Shown here: positions 9,925 to 20,161 of the stretch, piece after piece
How positions within the stretch are numbered: the first letter of the stretch is position 1
Layout of the letters: every line of letters starts with the position of its first letter
Virus record (IMG/VR): IMGVR_UViG_3300027728_000006
Coordinates: 32,001 to 96,000 of that record
From: a virus
Direction: 5' to 3' (one strand)
Length of the DNA: 64,000 nt
The notes under the pieces: generated by a model
Seen by the model: the letters and a program-made list of their open reading frames with translations, nothing else
The model's database searches: none
What the model was told of the DNA's origin: nothing
Translations under genes and position numbers: made by a program

Positions 9925-10929
9925 TTATTTGAACGCTGGGCAACCAGAGTAATCAATTACTTCGATTTCCCATTCTTGTTCTTTTTTATTTTTTTCAATT
10001 TTTTCCAATGCTTCCTGATACTCTATATGTGAAGAGACTCCTTTGGCGGTTCTTTTGGATTCATCTTTTTCAATAATTTTATAAAAAGTCATTGGATTTT
10101 TGTAGGGACATGTCCATTTTCCCATTTGGCATAGCCAACTCTTTTTTCTATCAAAGTAAGCCATGTTGTTCGTGGCAGACTTTTCATCTATTTTTTCTAT
10201 AACAGATGTTATGTATTCTAAATAATGCTCCAATCCGTCGATTTCATTCTCAGAAAAATTACTGTCCTGGTACGGGCTGTCTGGGAATCTCATAAAAAAG
10301 AAACTAGCCTTGTAGTTTTTATAATTTTTCCATATTTTTCTAGCGACGAGGGAATACATCATAGCTTGAATGTTGGCGTCCTCATCGTCTCCTTTAAATT
10401 TTTTAGAAGAACTCTTGTAGTCTAAAATCTTAATATCATCGCCATCTATCTCTACTCTATCAATAAAACCCCTAATTGCATACCTTGGTGACTCATTGAC
10501 TATGTTAAACTCATATTCAGAATCTATAATTTTAGAAAAGTCCTTGTCTATGAATTCGAATTTCATAGTTGTCATCACCATGTCGCAAACAGTTTCCCAA
10601 TTATCTTTAGTTGGAAGCTTCGCTTTGATCGGTTTGACGGGCTCCTCTTTTGAGATTTTTTCTTTTAAGAATTGATTTTCTAAAAATCTTTTAATGGCGG
10701 GAATTTTTTCTGGAGATCCAGCATTCCATATTTTTTTAATATAATGTTGGTGCTTGGCTTTAGAAATCAATTCAAAAAGATTGTGAACAACCGTCCCCCT
10801 GCTGGCACCGCTATTTCCCTTTTGCGGAATGCCTAACTCATAGGAGGCATAATATTGCCAAGAGCAAGAATCGAGGGTTTTTATTTTAGAAGCTGATAGG
10901 TATGTGGGTTTTTTTAATTGTTGTTCCAT
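9925..10929 (-). CDS. PD-(D/E)xK exonuclease (RecB/Cas4-like)
   Basis: LSASKIKT..SC, RGTVVH, RGFIDRV, ILDYKS, QAMMY, C-terminal Cys pair. Confidence 0.85.
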   Translation of the reverse strand: MEQQLKKPTYLSASKIKTLDSCSWQYYASYELGIPQKGNSGASRGTVVHNLFELISKAKHQHYIKKIWNAGSPEKIPAIKRFLENQFLKEKISKEEPVKPIKAKLPTKDNWETVCDMVMTTMKFEFIDKDFSKIIDSEYEFNIVNESPRYAIRGFIDRVEIDGDDIKILDYKSSSKKFKGDDEDANIQAMMYSLVARKIWKNYKNYKASFFFMRFPDSPYQDSNFSENEIDGLEHYLEYITSVIEKIDEKSATNNMAYFDRKKSWLCQMGKWTCPYKNPMTFYKIIEKDESKRTAKGVSSHIEYQEALEKIEKNKKEQEWEIEVIDYSGCPAFK

Positions 10930-11843
10930 TCTTGAATTTCTTTCTCTGACATTTCTCCAAAATCATTTTTCGGAGGTAGTTTTATTATTACTTGATTTTT
11001 ATCAAAATAATCAAGGAATTTCTTTTTTGCAGTTTGTGCTGCTAGATTTCCAGCATTGCTTTTTTTATCATTAACTGAGTCATTATTGAACGATATTATA
11101 ATTTTCTCAGGATCTAGTGAGACAAGCGTGTAACACAATTCGTCTAAGCCTGTTAAGCCAAATGTGATAACAAAATTTCTAATACCAGACTGCCAAAGTT
11201 TTAATCCATCGCCAATGCTTTCAATAACAATGCAGGTTCTAGAATCTAGGATATAATCTTTAGTCAAAAATAATGGGTATCTCCATTCGTTCTTTCTTCC
11301 GATATGTTTCCATTTTGGTGGATATTTATCATTCATGCCTCTCCCAGAGAAACCTAAAATATTCTTTTTCTCGTCATAAATTGGAAAAACATATCTCCCT
11401 AGCATTTTTCCACTGTAACAAAGTCCTCCCTCGAAAAGATCTAAAGTTTCCTTTATTATTCCCCTTCCAGACCAATAAGAGTAATCGCTTTTGAGTTTTG
11501 AAAGAAGAGATTTGTCATAAAATTTAATATAATCAAGTTCCATATTTTCAGTTTGTGAGCTTTCTTGAATGTGATTCGAGAAATTTAAATTCAATTTTTT
11601 AAGCCAACTTTTTGCATAGCCTTTTGGCTTGCTCAGGCTAAGTTCTATCAAATCTTCAAGTGAGCCGCAGTAGTTTCGAGCAAAATCTATCCATCGTCCA
11701 TCGTCTTTCCTGATACAAAGAACACTATCATTGCCAGAGTCTCTGTAAATTGGCTTGGTTCTCCAGTCTCTTCCGTTGTCAGAAAGCTTATAGCCAAGAT
11801 TTTCTAAAACGTTTCTGATTGATTCTGAATTACAAGAGTTCAT
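10914..11843 (-). CDS. DNA primase (DnaG-like, Toprim)
   Basis: GRYVFPI, GFSGR, PKWKH, Toprim VIESIGD and SFNND; N-terminal Zn-binding domain lacks most Cys; start at ATG 11843 chosen. Confidence 0.85.
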   Translation of the reverse strand: MNSCNSESIRNVLENLGYKLSDNGRDWRTKPIYRDSGNDSVLCIRKDDGRWIDFARNYCGSLEDLIELSLSKPKGYAKSWLKKLNLNFSNHIQESSQTENMELDYIKFYDKSLLSKLKSDYSYWSGRGIIKETLDLFEGGLCYSGKMLGRYVFPIYDEKKNILGFSGRGMNDKYPPKWKHIGRKNEWRYPLFLTKDYILDSRTCIVIESIGDGLKLWQSGIRNFVITFGLTGLDELCYTLVSLDPEKIIISFNNDSVNDKKSNAGNLAAQTAKKKFLDYFDKNQVIIKLPPKNDFGEMSEKEIQEWNNN

Positions 11844-13335
11844 CTTTACTATTGCCACCATCTACGGGGCGTCCCTCCTTATCGAAAATTTGAAATTGAA
11901 GACCGTTTTTCTTAACAAGTTGATCAAGGCTTCCCTTTTCCTCTACGTTGAAATTCTTAACATCGAAAGATATATAATTGCTTACATATTTTCTTTCTCC
12001 GTTGACAATTCTTTCAACCAAGTCAACGTGACCGCTGGCTTCTTTTCCTTGGAAGCGGCTGGCAGTTGTTACCAATTTATGAGAACCGCATTCTTCCCCA
12101 TCTTCTTCAATTTCATCAATCGTTTTTCTTCTAAAGATGCCAACATAAGATGCGAACCATTGGAGGCGGTCAGATAGAGCGATAGCGGAAGAGTCATCAG
12201 TGAATCCTCCTGCTTTTCTATTCTGACTTTCTCCGCTTCTATTCATTTGAGTGGAAGTCAATACTACACAATTCAATTCTTCACCAAGCTTCTTGAGTTT
12301 ATCGGTCTTGTCTCCGATTACTTGATATTCCTTCCAGGATTCAGAAACTCCTTCTCCTGTCATTTTAAGATAATCATATGTGATAATAGCGTTTTCTCCG
12401 CGACCAACCTTGGAATAATACCATCTGCGAGCTATTGACATGATTTCACTCGTACTTTTATTTCCAACTTTCAAATGATGAAATTTGAAATTTTTAATTT
12501 TTGTCCAAGTGGCTCTAACTTTTTGAACCATTTCTGGATTTTTTCTCCAATTTCCAGTATCTATGTACCAAAATGGCACGCCAGAAATTGACGCGATCAG
12601 TCTTTTTTGAACATCAAGCGTTTCCATTTCAGTATCCAGGTACAAGCACGACACTTTGCCATTGTAAGTCTCATTGCATATCTTATAATTTAGATCGCAA
12701 AGCATCGTGGTCTTTCCAGATTTTGGACGAGCAACAAAAGCATACAAATTTTTTGGTCGAAGACCTCCATATAGGCGATTAAAATCTTTAAATGGAGTGA
12801 GAAATCCCGAATCATCAACTGGATTGTTTCCAATTTCTTCAATTTGCTCCATAGCATCTTCGAAAATATTTACAGGCTCTTCAAATAAGTCATAAACGCT
12901 AATTTTTTCATTATAAATTGCATCTGCAGCAGCAATAATCTGATCTGCTGACATTTCCTCTTTGGCGATCATCTTCTGCTTTAACTTCTCTGCAGTTTCA
13001 TGAATTTCCCTTTTGATTGTAAGGGTTTTAAGTTTTTTAGCAGATTCAATAAACGCTTTTTCAGATAAGTTTATTAGGCTTAAGCTCTCAAGATAATCAA
13101 ATATGTTTGTGGAGTTTTTAAATGTTATACCAAGATTGTTAATTTTTTGGCTAATCAGAACATTATCAACACTTTCATTCTGAGCAATTGTATTTTTAAT
13201 GACGCTGAAGATTACAGAGTGGATATTATGGTAAAAATCTTTCTCATTTACAAATGAATCAATTTCATAAAATGATTTTGGATATTTTAAGCATCCTGTG
13301 ATTACGTGTTTTTCTACTGGCAGAGAATAAATCAT
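11830..13335 (-). CDS. dnaB: replicative DNA helicase
   Basis: Walker A ARPKSGKT, YLDTEM, ITYDYLK, STQMNR; DnaB N-terminal domain. Confidence 0.92.
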   Translation of the reverse strand: MIYSLPVEKHVITGCLKYPKSFYEIDSFVNEKDFYHNIHSVIFSVIKNTIAQNESVDNVLISQKINNLGITFKNSTNIFDYLESLSLINLSEKAFIESAKKLKTLTIKREIHETAEKLKQKMIAKEEMSADQIIAAADAIYNEKISVYDLFEEPVNIFEDAMEQIEEIGNNPVDDSGFLTPFKDFNRLYGGLRPKNLYAFVARPKSGKTTMLCDLNYKICNETYNGKVSCLYLDTEMETLDVQKRLIASISGVPFWYIDTGNWRKNPEMVQKVRATWTKIKNFKFHHLKVGNKSTSEIMSIARRWYYSKVGRGENAIITYDYLKMTGEGVSESWKEYQVIGDKTDKLKKLGEELNCVVLTSTQMNRSGESQNRKAGGFTDDSSAIALSDRLQWFASYVGIFRRKTIDEIEEDGEECGSHKLVTTASRFQGKEASGHVDLVERIVNGERKYVSNYISFDVKNFNVEEKGSLDQLVKKNGLQFQIFDKEGRPVDGGNSKDELL

Positions 13336-13390
13336 ACTTGTATTATTAGCATCTTTTTTAATCTAGTCAAACTAATACGGGGCCTTGTTT

Positions 13391-13645
13391 TCAATCCCCC
13401 TCATCGTCCTCATATGAATTCATAATGTCTTTTTTCATTCTTTCAAGTCTGCACTGCTTGTCAGCTTCTAGCCACTCCATTGAAAAATTTTTAATTTGAG
13501 ATTCGTGAAGCGCGCTATCATAGCTTTCGTAGATGTTTGGCAAACCGTCAGATCCTAAAACTATCATCATATATGCTCCACCACTCATTTCTTCAAGCTG
13601 CAATAAAATTGATTCTGGCAAGAGAAAATCATTGTCGTGTTCCAT
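13391..13645 (-). CDS. hypothetical acidic protein
   Basis: 84-aa ORF tightly packed in the operon. Confidence 0.6.
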   Translation of the reverse strand: MEHDNDFLLPESILLQLEEMSGGAYMMIVLGSDGLPNIYESYDSALHESQIKNFSMEWLEADKQCRLERMKKDIMNSYEDDEGD

Positions 13646-13649
13646 TATT

Positions 13650-14063
13650 TTATAAAATTAAATTAAATTTTTCTGCCATTAGTTCTGCTGATAAATCTTT
13701 AGTTTCAAAATCGTATATCTCTAGAAATACAAAACCATTGGATTCTATCCAATTTATTTTTTCAAAATCTCTCTTTATGGATTTCAAGAAGCCAACTCTA
13801 TTTTTATGAAAAAACTTTACAAACTTCTCATGCTGTCTTCCAGACGTCTCTATTGCTATTTTTTTTGTAAAATTTATTAGATCTATCCTAAGCTTGCTGC
13901 CTGGAATTTTAAATTCTTCGCAGACCACGTCTGCTATCCAGTATTTTTTAAAAAATTGTTTTGTAGCAAATTGAGGCGCACTTTTAGATGGATGATCCCA
14001 TTCTATTGAATATTTCGTATGGCTTACCTTGGTCGGTCTGCCTTTCATGTTGGAAATAATCAT
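13650..14063 (-). CDS. putative Vsr/DUF559-like endonuclease
   Basis: EEFKIPGSKLRIDLINFTKKIAIETSGRQH pattern. Confidence 0.6.
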   Translation of the reverse strand: MIISNMKGRPTKVSHTKYSIEWDHPSKSAPQFATKQFFKKYWIADVVCEEFKIPGSKLRIDLINFTKKIAIETSGRQHEKFVKFFHKNRVGFLKSIKRDFEKINWIESNGFVFLEIYDFETKDLSAELMAEKFNLIL

Positions 14064-15145
14064 TAATTTAAACAGATTTCTTTAAATTTATTAAAAAGAT
14101 ATTCGGACGCTTCTTTATTATTGGCTAAGGCTAGTCTTAAGTTTTCAATGCCTTGTATAGTTTCTGGAAAAGAGATATTTTTATTTTTTAATTCCTCTAT
14201 TAGGGATGGGTCTATTTTGATCCAGGCTCCTGCTTTTTTAGCCATTTCCCAAGTCAACATGAGGTCTGCAATTTCATAATCGATCCAAACTGAATTTCCA
14301 TTTACTTGATTGTGCCTTATTGGGTATTTTATTTCTTTTCCATCTTTTTCATTTGGAGATTTTCTAAATAAAATTTTAGCCCAGTGACCAATATTTTCTT
14401 CTTTTCCATTTGTAGTAGAAGTTATGTAGTCAGCCTTGTATCTCGGAGCAAATTCAAAAATCCAATCTGAATAGTGAAGCAGTGCGGATCCTCCAGATGC
14501 ATTTGTCAACCTTGGATCCGTTTTGGCATATTGATTTATTTTTACCTCGCTTCTAACTTGGGAAATCATTGCGCAAATATGACCACCCACAGAAAAGGGT
14601 AAAGCCATCTTCCTTAAGAAGTGAGAAGAAATTACAGCTCCTCCACTAACTTTCACCGCATCTTCGAAGGATTTGTCTTTGTCACCTTTGGGTATAAGAG
14701 CGTCCATACTGTCAATAATGAAAAAGTAATTTGTACTTTCTTCGTTTGTTTGAACAAGTTGATGAATTAAATTAGCTACAGTTTCATATATATTACTTTT
14801 AAATATAAAGCAGGTTCCTTCCTTCCAGTCTTCTGCATTTTCTACAAAATTTACTCCAGATCTTTCTATCATGTTTTTGGAAAGTCTTCCTTCGGCTTTT
14901 ATGTAAAGAGCTTTTCTATTTTTGGAATTAGAAAGAAAACTTTTCATTATTGAAAGAGCGCAACTGGTTTTTCCTCCTCCGGAAACGCCACAAAACCTCA
15001 TAATTGAGGGATGGATTCCTCCTCCCAACTCCACGTCGAATATGAGACTTCCGGTAGAAATCGTATAATCCACATTCTCGGAAAAATTAAAGTGATCTTC
15101 TTTGTTACTTTTTAGATAGCTTGCTAATAGGTCTTGCGATTTCAT
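14063..15145 (-). CDS. recA: RecA/UvsX-like recombinase
   Basis: ISTGSLIFDVELGGG, Walker A GVSGGGKT, IIDSM, ISQVR, SGGSALLHYS, AGAW. Confidence 0.88.
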   Translation of the reverse strand: MKSQDLLASYLKSNKEDHFNFSENVDYTISTGSLIFDVELGGGIHPSIMRFCGVSGGGKTSCALSIMKSFLSNSKNRKALYIKAEGRLSKNMIERSGVNFVENAEDWKEGTCFIFKSNIYETVANLIHQLVQTNEESTNYFFIIDSMDALIPKGDKDKSFEDAVKVSGGAVISSHFLRKMALPFSVGGHICAMISQVRSEVKINQYAKTDPRLTNASGGSALLHYSDWIFEFAPRYKADYITSTTNGKEENIGHWAKILFRKSPNEKDGKEIKYPIRHNQVNGNSVWIDYEIADLMLTWEMAKKAGAWIKIDPSLIEELKNKNISFPETIQGIENLRLALANNKEASEYLFNKFKEICLN

Positions 15146-15531
15146 TTTTTATTGTTTAAAAAGTCTTTTAAAGTTTTTATTTTTTTAGAGTTTTCTTTTT
15201 CTACTAAATCTTCGCCATGCTTTTCGGACGAAAGTATTTCAGTGTTGTGTTCTTTTTCTAAGGTTTTTATTTTAGAAAAAAATCTTTTGTGTTTTTCATT
15301 TAGAAACGACCTACCCTTTGGGGTGAGGAACCAAGCAAGTGATGGAATTTCAAATTCTGGTATAGCATGCCTCCAGAAGGCAGGATCGTCGCATTTTTTT
15401 ACTAGATCCTGCATTAGTTTCATCTCCTTTGGCCAAGAGATGGTTTTTTCTTGGCTTTTAGGTAGTTTTAAGCAGTTTAAAATAAATTCAGTTTTAAATC
15501 TATTTAATTTGAAATCTTTTTTACTTTTCAA
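15142..15531 (-). CDS. hypothetical protein
   Basis: 129-aa ORF, 4-nt overlap with recA start; TTG start. Confidence 0.55.
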   Translation of the reverse strand: MKSKKDFKLNRFKTEFILNCLKLPKSQEKTISWPKEMKLMQDLVKKCDDPAFWRHAIPEFEIPSLAWFLTPKGRSFLNEKHKRFFSKIKTLEKEHNTEILSSEKHGEDLVEKENSKKIKTLKDFLNNKK

Positions 15532-15566
15532 GATAAAAAGTAGTATCCTTTTTTTTTAAAGAAAGA

Positions 15567-15755
15567 TCAAGCTTTTTTTTCAAACACTGGACAAACCGCA
15601 CAGAAGGCGGAGTTTATTTCTGGAATTTTTCTTAAAGTGCATTCGTAAACAGTTTTTTTCTGCTTATTACAGGGGCATCCTATAAAGACTTCTTTGGGGG
15701 CACCTCTATGAGCACATAAGTCCATTTTTTCTTGCCCATCTAAAACCGGTTTCAT
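15567..15755 (-). CDS. small Cys-rich hypothetical protein
   Basis: 62 aa with 6 Cys; preceded by the GTGTAATA motif. Confidence 0.5.
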   Translation of the reverse strand: MKPVLDGQEKMDLCAHRGAPKEVFIGCPCNKQKKTVYECTLRKIPEINSAFCAVCPVFEKKA

Positions 15756-16885
15756 ATATTTATATTACACAATTTTAAATCATTTTCTACCATTTTTTTT
15801 ACCAATTCGTCAAATGAAATTTTTGGAATCCAGTTTAGCTCTTTTCTTGCTAGAGTCGAGTCACCTAATAGAATGTCCACTTCAGCGGGTCTATAGAATT
15901 TTTTATTAATTTGCATCAAAACTATACTTGGTTTATTTTCCAATACGTATTTCTCATTAATTCCTTCTCCAACCCATAAGCCGTCAATTCCTGCGAATTT
16001 AAATGCTTTTTCAACAAATTCTCTTACAGTATGTGTTTCATTTGATGATAATACATAATCTTTTGCATTTTCTTGGTTAAGCATAAGCCATATGCCTTTA
16101 ACAAAATCTATAGCATGGCTCCAGTCTCTTTTTGCATCAATGTTTCCCAATTCTAATGGAGAAAAATAAGATCCCGATCTCATATGACTTCTTATTCTGG
16201 CAACATTTGTTGTAATTTTTCTTGTTACAAATTCAATGCCCCTTCTTTCAGATTCATGATTAAATAGCCACCCTTGAATAGCATATAGATCGTATGAATC
16301 TTTATATACTTTTACTAATTGTCTAGCTGCTGCCTTGCTTGCTCCATATGGGCTTCTTGGCTTCAATGGGTGTTTTTCATCCTGTGGAACGTATGAAACG
16401 TTTCCAAATTCTTCACTGGATCCAGCTTGATAGAATCTGCAGGTTGGCTTGTGCAGTCTGATAGCCTCTAATATATCCAAAACAGAAGTTGAATTAGCTT
16501 GCCATGTCTGCCTTGCGAAATCCCAACTGCTGGCTACGAAACTTTGAGCTGCTAGATTTATAAAATAATCCGGCTGAAGCTTTTCGATAATTCTTAAAAT
16601 TGAATGTGAATCAGTTAAGTCAAAATTTAACAATAAAAATCTAGGGTTATTGATATGGCTGATATTGATATGATTGTAAACGCTCAATCTTCTAACTCCA
16701 CCTACGATAAATAAATCAGTATTCTCAAGAAGATGTTCTACCATATAACTCCCATCTTGACCAGTAACACCAGTCACGATGCAGACCTTTTTGCCCAAAA
16801 GGATTTTGTGCGCATCATCTATATTTAGAATGTTCGCATTGTCTATTTTTTTACCGATATATGCCTCTTGTAAATTTTTATTCAT
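15752..16885 (-). CDS. gmd: GDP-mannose 4,6-dehydratase
   Basis: TGVTGQDGSY, NLAAQSFV, QAGSSEEFG, PRSPYGASK, LFNHESERRG, LGNIDAKRDW, YRPAEVD. Confidence 0.93.
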   Translation of the reverse strand: MNKNLQEAYIGKKIDNANILNIDDAHKILLGKKVCIVTGVTGQDGSYMVEHLLENTDLFIVGGVRRLSVYNHINISHINNPRFLLLNFDLTDSHSILRIIEKLQPDYFINLAAQSFVASSWDFARQTWQANSTSVLDILEAIRLHKPTCRFYQAGSSEEFGNVSYVPQDEKHPLKPRSPYGASKAAARQLVKVYKDSYDLYAIQGWLFNHESERRGIEFVTRKITTNVARIRSHMRSGSYFSPLELGNIDAKRDWSHAIDFVKGIWLMLNQENAKDYVLSSNETHTVREFVEKAFKFAGIDGLWVGEGINEKYVLENKPSIVLMQINKKFYRPAEVDILLGDSTLARKELNWIPKISFDELVKKMVENDLKLCNINI

Positions 16886-16894
16886 TTAAATATT

Positions 16895-17461
16895 CTATTT
16901 TCTTACAATGAACATCATATCGTCATATCTGCCAATATCAGCCCTAAGGTCTACATGTTGAATATTTTTTTTGAATTCTTCTGGAACAAACTGATCAAGT
17001 ATTGAAAAATGTTCGTATCTTTGGATATCTTCTATAACTAAAACTCCGCCATTGTTAAGTTTCGGCAAATATAATTTGATAAAATCGATTTGGCTTTCTA
17101 GCGAATGTGGCCCATCGTCTATCATGATGTCAAAATTTGGTAATTTGCTGGCTACGTCTTGACTATATGCGTTTGCAAATAGCTGATTGACATTTTCTAT
17201 ACTTCTATATCTGTCTAAGATCGCTTGATCTGTAATGTCAAGTCCATAAATATTTGCATTTTCAAAATACTTCTCCCACAAGAACAGAGAGCCACCGTGG
17301 CATATTCCTATTTCCAGAAGATTTATTTCCTTGTCTTGAAATTTTAAAAATTCATTTTCATAAAATCCCTTAACATAGTTATGGATTGTATTTTTATCTG
17401 TCCCTGTGTCGATATTGTCAAGAACGGGATCTTCGCTTAAGATTTCTATTAATTTTTTCAT
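16895..17461 (-). CDS. class I SAM-dependent methyltransferase (sugar O-methyltransferase-like)
   Basis: TDK..H.Y, LLEIGI..GGS, FDIMIDDGPH, GGVLVIED. Confidence 0.8.
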   Translation of the reverse strand: MKKLIEILSEDPVLDNIDTGTDKNTIHNYVKGFYENEFLKFQDKEINLLEIGICHGGSLFLWEKYFENANIYGLDITDQAILDRYRSIENVNQLFANAYSQDVASKLPNFDIMIDDGPHSLESQIDFIKLYLPKLNNGGVLVIEDIQRYEHFSILDQFVPEEFKKNIQHVDLRADIGRYDDMMFIVRK

Positions 17462-17462
17462 T

Positions 17463-18599
17463 TTATATTTCTTCTATTTCTGGGATCATTACAAATAACC
17501 TGCCTGTATAGCCGTAATCTCTAAGAGACTTGGCTATGTAATCTTTAAAGTTATGCGCAAGTATAATAATATTATCTGGACAATATTCGGTTTTTATAAT
17601 TTCCCTTGAGCAAATTTTAATACCAGTGCCAGGACTGAATTTGTTTTGCTTTTGAATTGTGTCGTCAATTATAAAATTAATATCTTCGTCTATTAATTTA
17701 AGGGAGTTCAAATAAATGCATCCCTTTGCTGCAGCGCCAAAGCAATAAGTTTTTCCGGTTAATTTTTTAATAAAAAGCTTATCTTCAATTAGTTTGTTTT
17801 TAATTACGCCTTGCCAATTTTTAAAATCAAAATCGTTTTCCTCTTTTAGGAAGGTATTTATCAAGTTTGTATTTTCAATGTCCGATTTAACGTTAGATGA
17901 GACTATTCTTAGCGAGCCACCATGAATCTCTTGTCGAGATATGTCTATTATTTTTAAACCATATTTTTTAAATAATGAATATAAGGGTGTCAACAACCAG
18001 TAGAATACATGCTCATGATATATTTGATCAAATTGATTTGTTTTTACTGTATCTAGAAAATAAGGAAATTCTAGTATCCATCTGCCATTTAAATTTTTTT
18101 GAATTCCATCTAGGAATTTTTCATAAAATGGATTGTGTTGAAAAACATTTGTGGATGTGATCAGGTCAAACTTATTTTCGAAAACCACATCTCCCCAGTA
18201 ATTATTATAATAATTTATTCCACTTTTTTCATTATCCTCTTTAAAAGATTTGCTTGCGTCTACGTTGTGCAGGTTTAGTTTTTTATTGCTTTTTGATTGA
18301 AAGGCTTTAAGCAATGCCCCATCATTTCCACCTATGTCTACTATATTCTGTGGATCAAATTGTTTTGCATATTCCCACATAGCTTCACAATGTTTTATAT
18401 ATGGAACATTTATAGATGATCTGTATAAGTATTCTTCAAACATCTCTCCAGATGGAATTTCAACATCTAGCTTCATTAATAAATTATCTTCTTCGATAAT
18501 TTTCAATCCGAACGTCTTTGTGCTCAGGCTTTCCTGTTTTGTTTTACAAAGGTTATTTACTAGCGGTAGATTTCCAAGATTTATGATTTCTTTTTCCAT
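17463..18599 (-). CDS. NDP-hexose C-methyltransferase
   Basis: LGNLPLVN, YLYRSS, VDIGGNDG, FDQIYHEH, IHGGSLR, FGAAAKG. Confidence 0.85.
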   Translation of the reverse strand: MEKEIINLGNLPLVNNLCKTKQESLSTKTFGLKIIEEDNLLMKLDVEIPSGEMFEEYLYRSSINVPYIKHCEAMWEYAKQFDPQNIVDIGGNDGALLKAFQSKSNKKLNLHNVDASKSFKEDNEKSGINYYNNYWGDVVFENKFDLITSTNVFQHNPFYEKFLDGIQKNLNGRWILEFPYFLDTVKTNQFDQIYHEHVFYWLLTPLYSLFKKYGLKIIDISRQEIHGGSLRIVSSNVKSDIENTNLINTFLKEENDFDFKNWQGVIKNKLIEDKLFIKKLTGKTYCFGAAAKGCIYLNSLKLIDEDINFIIDDTIQKQNKFSPGTGIKICSREIIKTEYCPDNIIILAHNFKDYIAKSLRDYGYTGRLFVMIPEIEEI

Positions 18600-18600
18600 A

Positions 18601-19455
18601 TTACCATTTCCAGTTTTTCAAACACCAATCTATTGATTCATTTACTTCAGACATCTTTATGCCGGTCGAAAGTAATTTGCTATTATTTGTAATGCAATTC
18701 GAGCGAGGCATGGAGCTTATATGTTTATAAAAATTATCTATTGTTAGAAAATTTGCTTTCTTGTTTGGAGTAATCGTATTTACCAACTTTTTGACTATCT
18801 CTATTGATGAAATGTGACCACTGTTAGTTATGTTATATGTGCCAAATGGTATTTCTAATTTTATTGAATCTATGCAGGCTTTTACAAACTCAACCTTGTT
18901 TGAAAGTGAATTATTTTCTGACACAAGTGTATCGTAGTTAATTATTTTTGAAATGTAATTTCTATTATTATATTTATTTTCAAAAGGCAGTCTTATTCTC
19001 CATATGTAGCTTTTTTCATATGACGAAATATATTTTTCCGCTATGATTTTTGTGCCAGTATAGAAACTGCAATTATTAAATTTAAAGCTAAAGTTTGGCT
19101 CGTCTGCCTCTTGCCACCCATTTGCATTTGGAGCTTCTCCATTATATAAACAACCGGTGGAAATATGGCAATATGCTATTTCAAGTTCTTGGCTTATTTC
19201 TTTTAATAAAATTGGTAAAACTACATTGCCGCTTATTGTTTCATCTTTTTGATTTTCGCATGCTTCTATATTTGGTTTACCAACAAATGCGGCGCAATTG
19301 ATTATATATTGAAAATTATGGGCTCTATGTATTTCAATTATATTTTTTTTATTGGCTTCTTGATGCTGAAGCGTTCTATAGGGAATTGAGTTTTCTTCAA
19401 ATTGTTTTTTAAATTCCGTACCTATGTACCCCGTAGAGCCTACTAGCAAAATCAT
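18601..19455 (-). CDS. NDP-4-keto-6-deoxyhexose reductase / 3,5-epimerase-reductase (RmlD/NRS-ER-like)
   Basis: GSTGYIG, GKPNIEACE, HISTGCLY, SFYTGTK (YxxxK), RIRLP. Confidence 0.8.
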   Translation of the reverse strand: MILLVGSTGYIGTEFKKQFEENSIPYRTLQHQEANKKNIIEIHRAHNFQYIINCAAFVGKPNIEACENQKDETISGNVVLPILLKEISQELEIAYCHISTGCLYNGEAPNANGWQEADEPNFSFKFNNCSFYTGTKIIAEKYISSYEKSYIWRIRLPFENKYNNRNYISKIINYDTLVSENNSLSNKVEFVKACIDSIKLEIPFGTYNITNSGHISSIEIVKKLVNTITPNKKANFLTIDNFYKHISSMPRSNCITNNSKLLSTGIKMSEVNESIDWCLKNWKW

Positions 19456-20159
19456 ATCTTATATATGTGACTCCATGTATATTTATCTAAAATATTTGGT
19501 AGATCGTTAGGAAGGCAGGGTTCTATACTGTATGCGTCTGATGATTTTAAATGCGTGGCAAGGTAACCTTCCAAACCATGCACGTCAGCATAAAATGTTT
19601 GCCAATTTTTTGAAAAAATTGATTTATTTTTAAACCAGAAAAATGCGCCGCTATAATGCCATGGAACGAACGACAACGCTGAATAGGGTCTATCTAATTT
19701 AAAAGTACCACAGCATTCATAATTTTCAAGTATATTGGAAATGTATTCGAAGTCATCCAAGTTTTTTGTATACATTGTATGAGGCCATAAGATGGATATT
19801 ACTGACTCTCTTGCAGAATTATAGTGTGTGACCGATTTCGTGTGACCATAAAAGGTATACTCACTATCATCTAATGAATAAACAGATGGCATTAATTTTG
19901 TAATGAATGGATGAAGCTCATACCAGTTATTTGTTTCGGAATTTTTGGTAAAAAAGAACTTTATATCTGGAAAATCTTTGAAATATTCAGTTACAAATTT
20001 TTCTGCAAAATCCTGATCTTGATCAAAGTTTACATTTATTACCTTTTTTCCATTAAATTTAACAAGATATTTTTTTAAATTAGATAGATTAAAGTATAGA
20101 ATGGGATTTATATTCGTTAAACATAAGTGATATATCAAATTGTATTTAATATTTTTCAT
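19452..20159 (-). CDS. hypothetical protein, putative glycosyltransferase-like
   Basis: FYGHTKS...HYSGAFFW motif; lies in the sugar cluster; start at ATG 20159 chosen. Confidence 0.45.
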   Translation of the reverse strand: MKNIKYNLIYHLCLTNINPILYFNLSNLKKYLVKFNGKKVINVNFDQDQDFAEKFVTEYFKDFPDIKFFFTKNSETNNWYELHPFITKLMPSVYSLDDSEYTFYGHTKSVTHYNSARESVISILWPHTMYTKNLDDFEYISNILENYECCGTFKLDRPYSALSFVPWHYSGAFFWFKNKSIFSKNWQTFYADVHGLEGYLATHLKSSDAYSIEPCLPNDLPNILDKYTWSHIYKI

Positions 20160-20161
20160 TT

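Noticed and set aside
9925-10929. Cas4 as part of a CRISPR system
   Set aside because: Stand-alone PD-(D/E)xK nuclease in a replication operon; no array or other cas genes.
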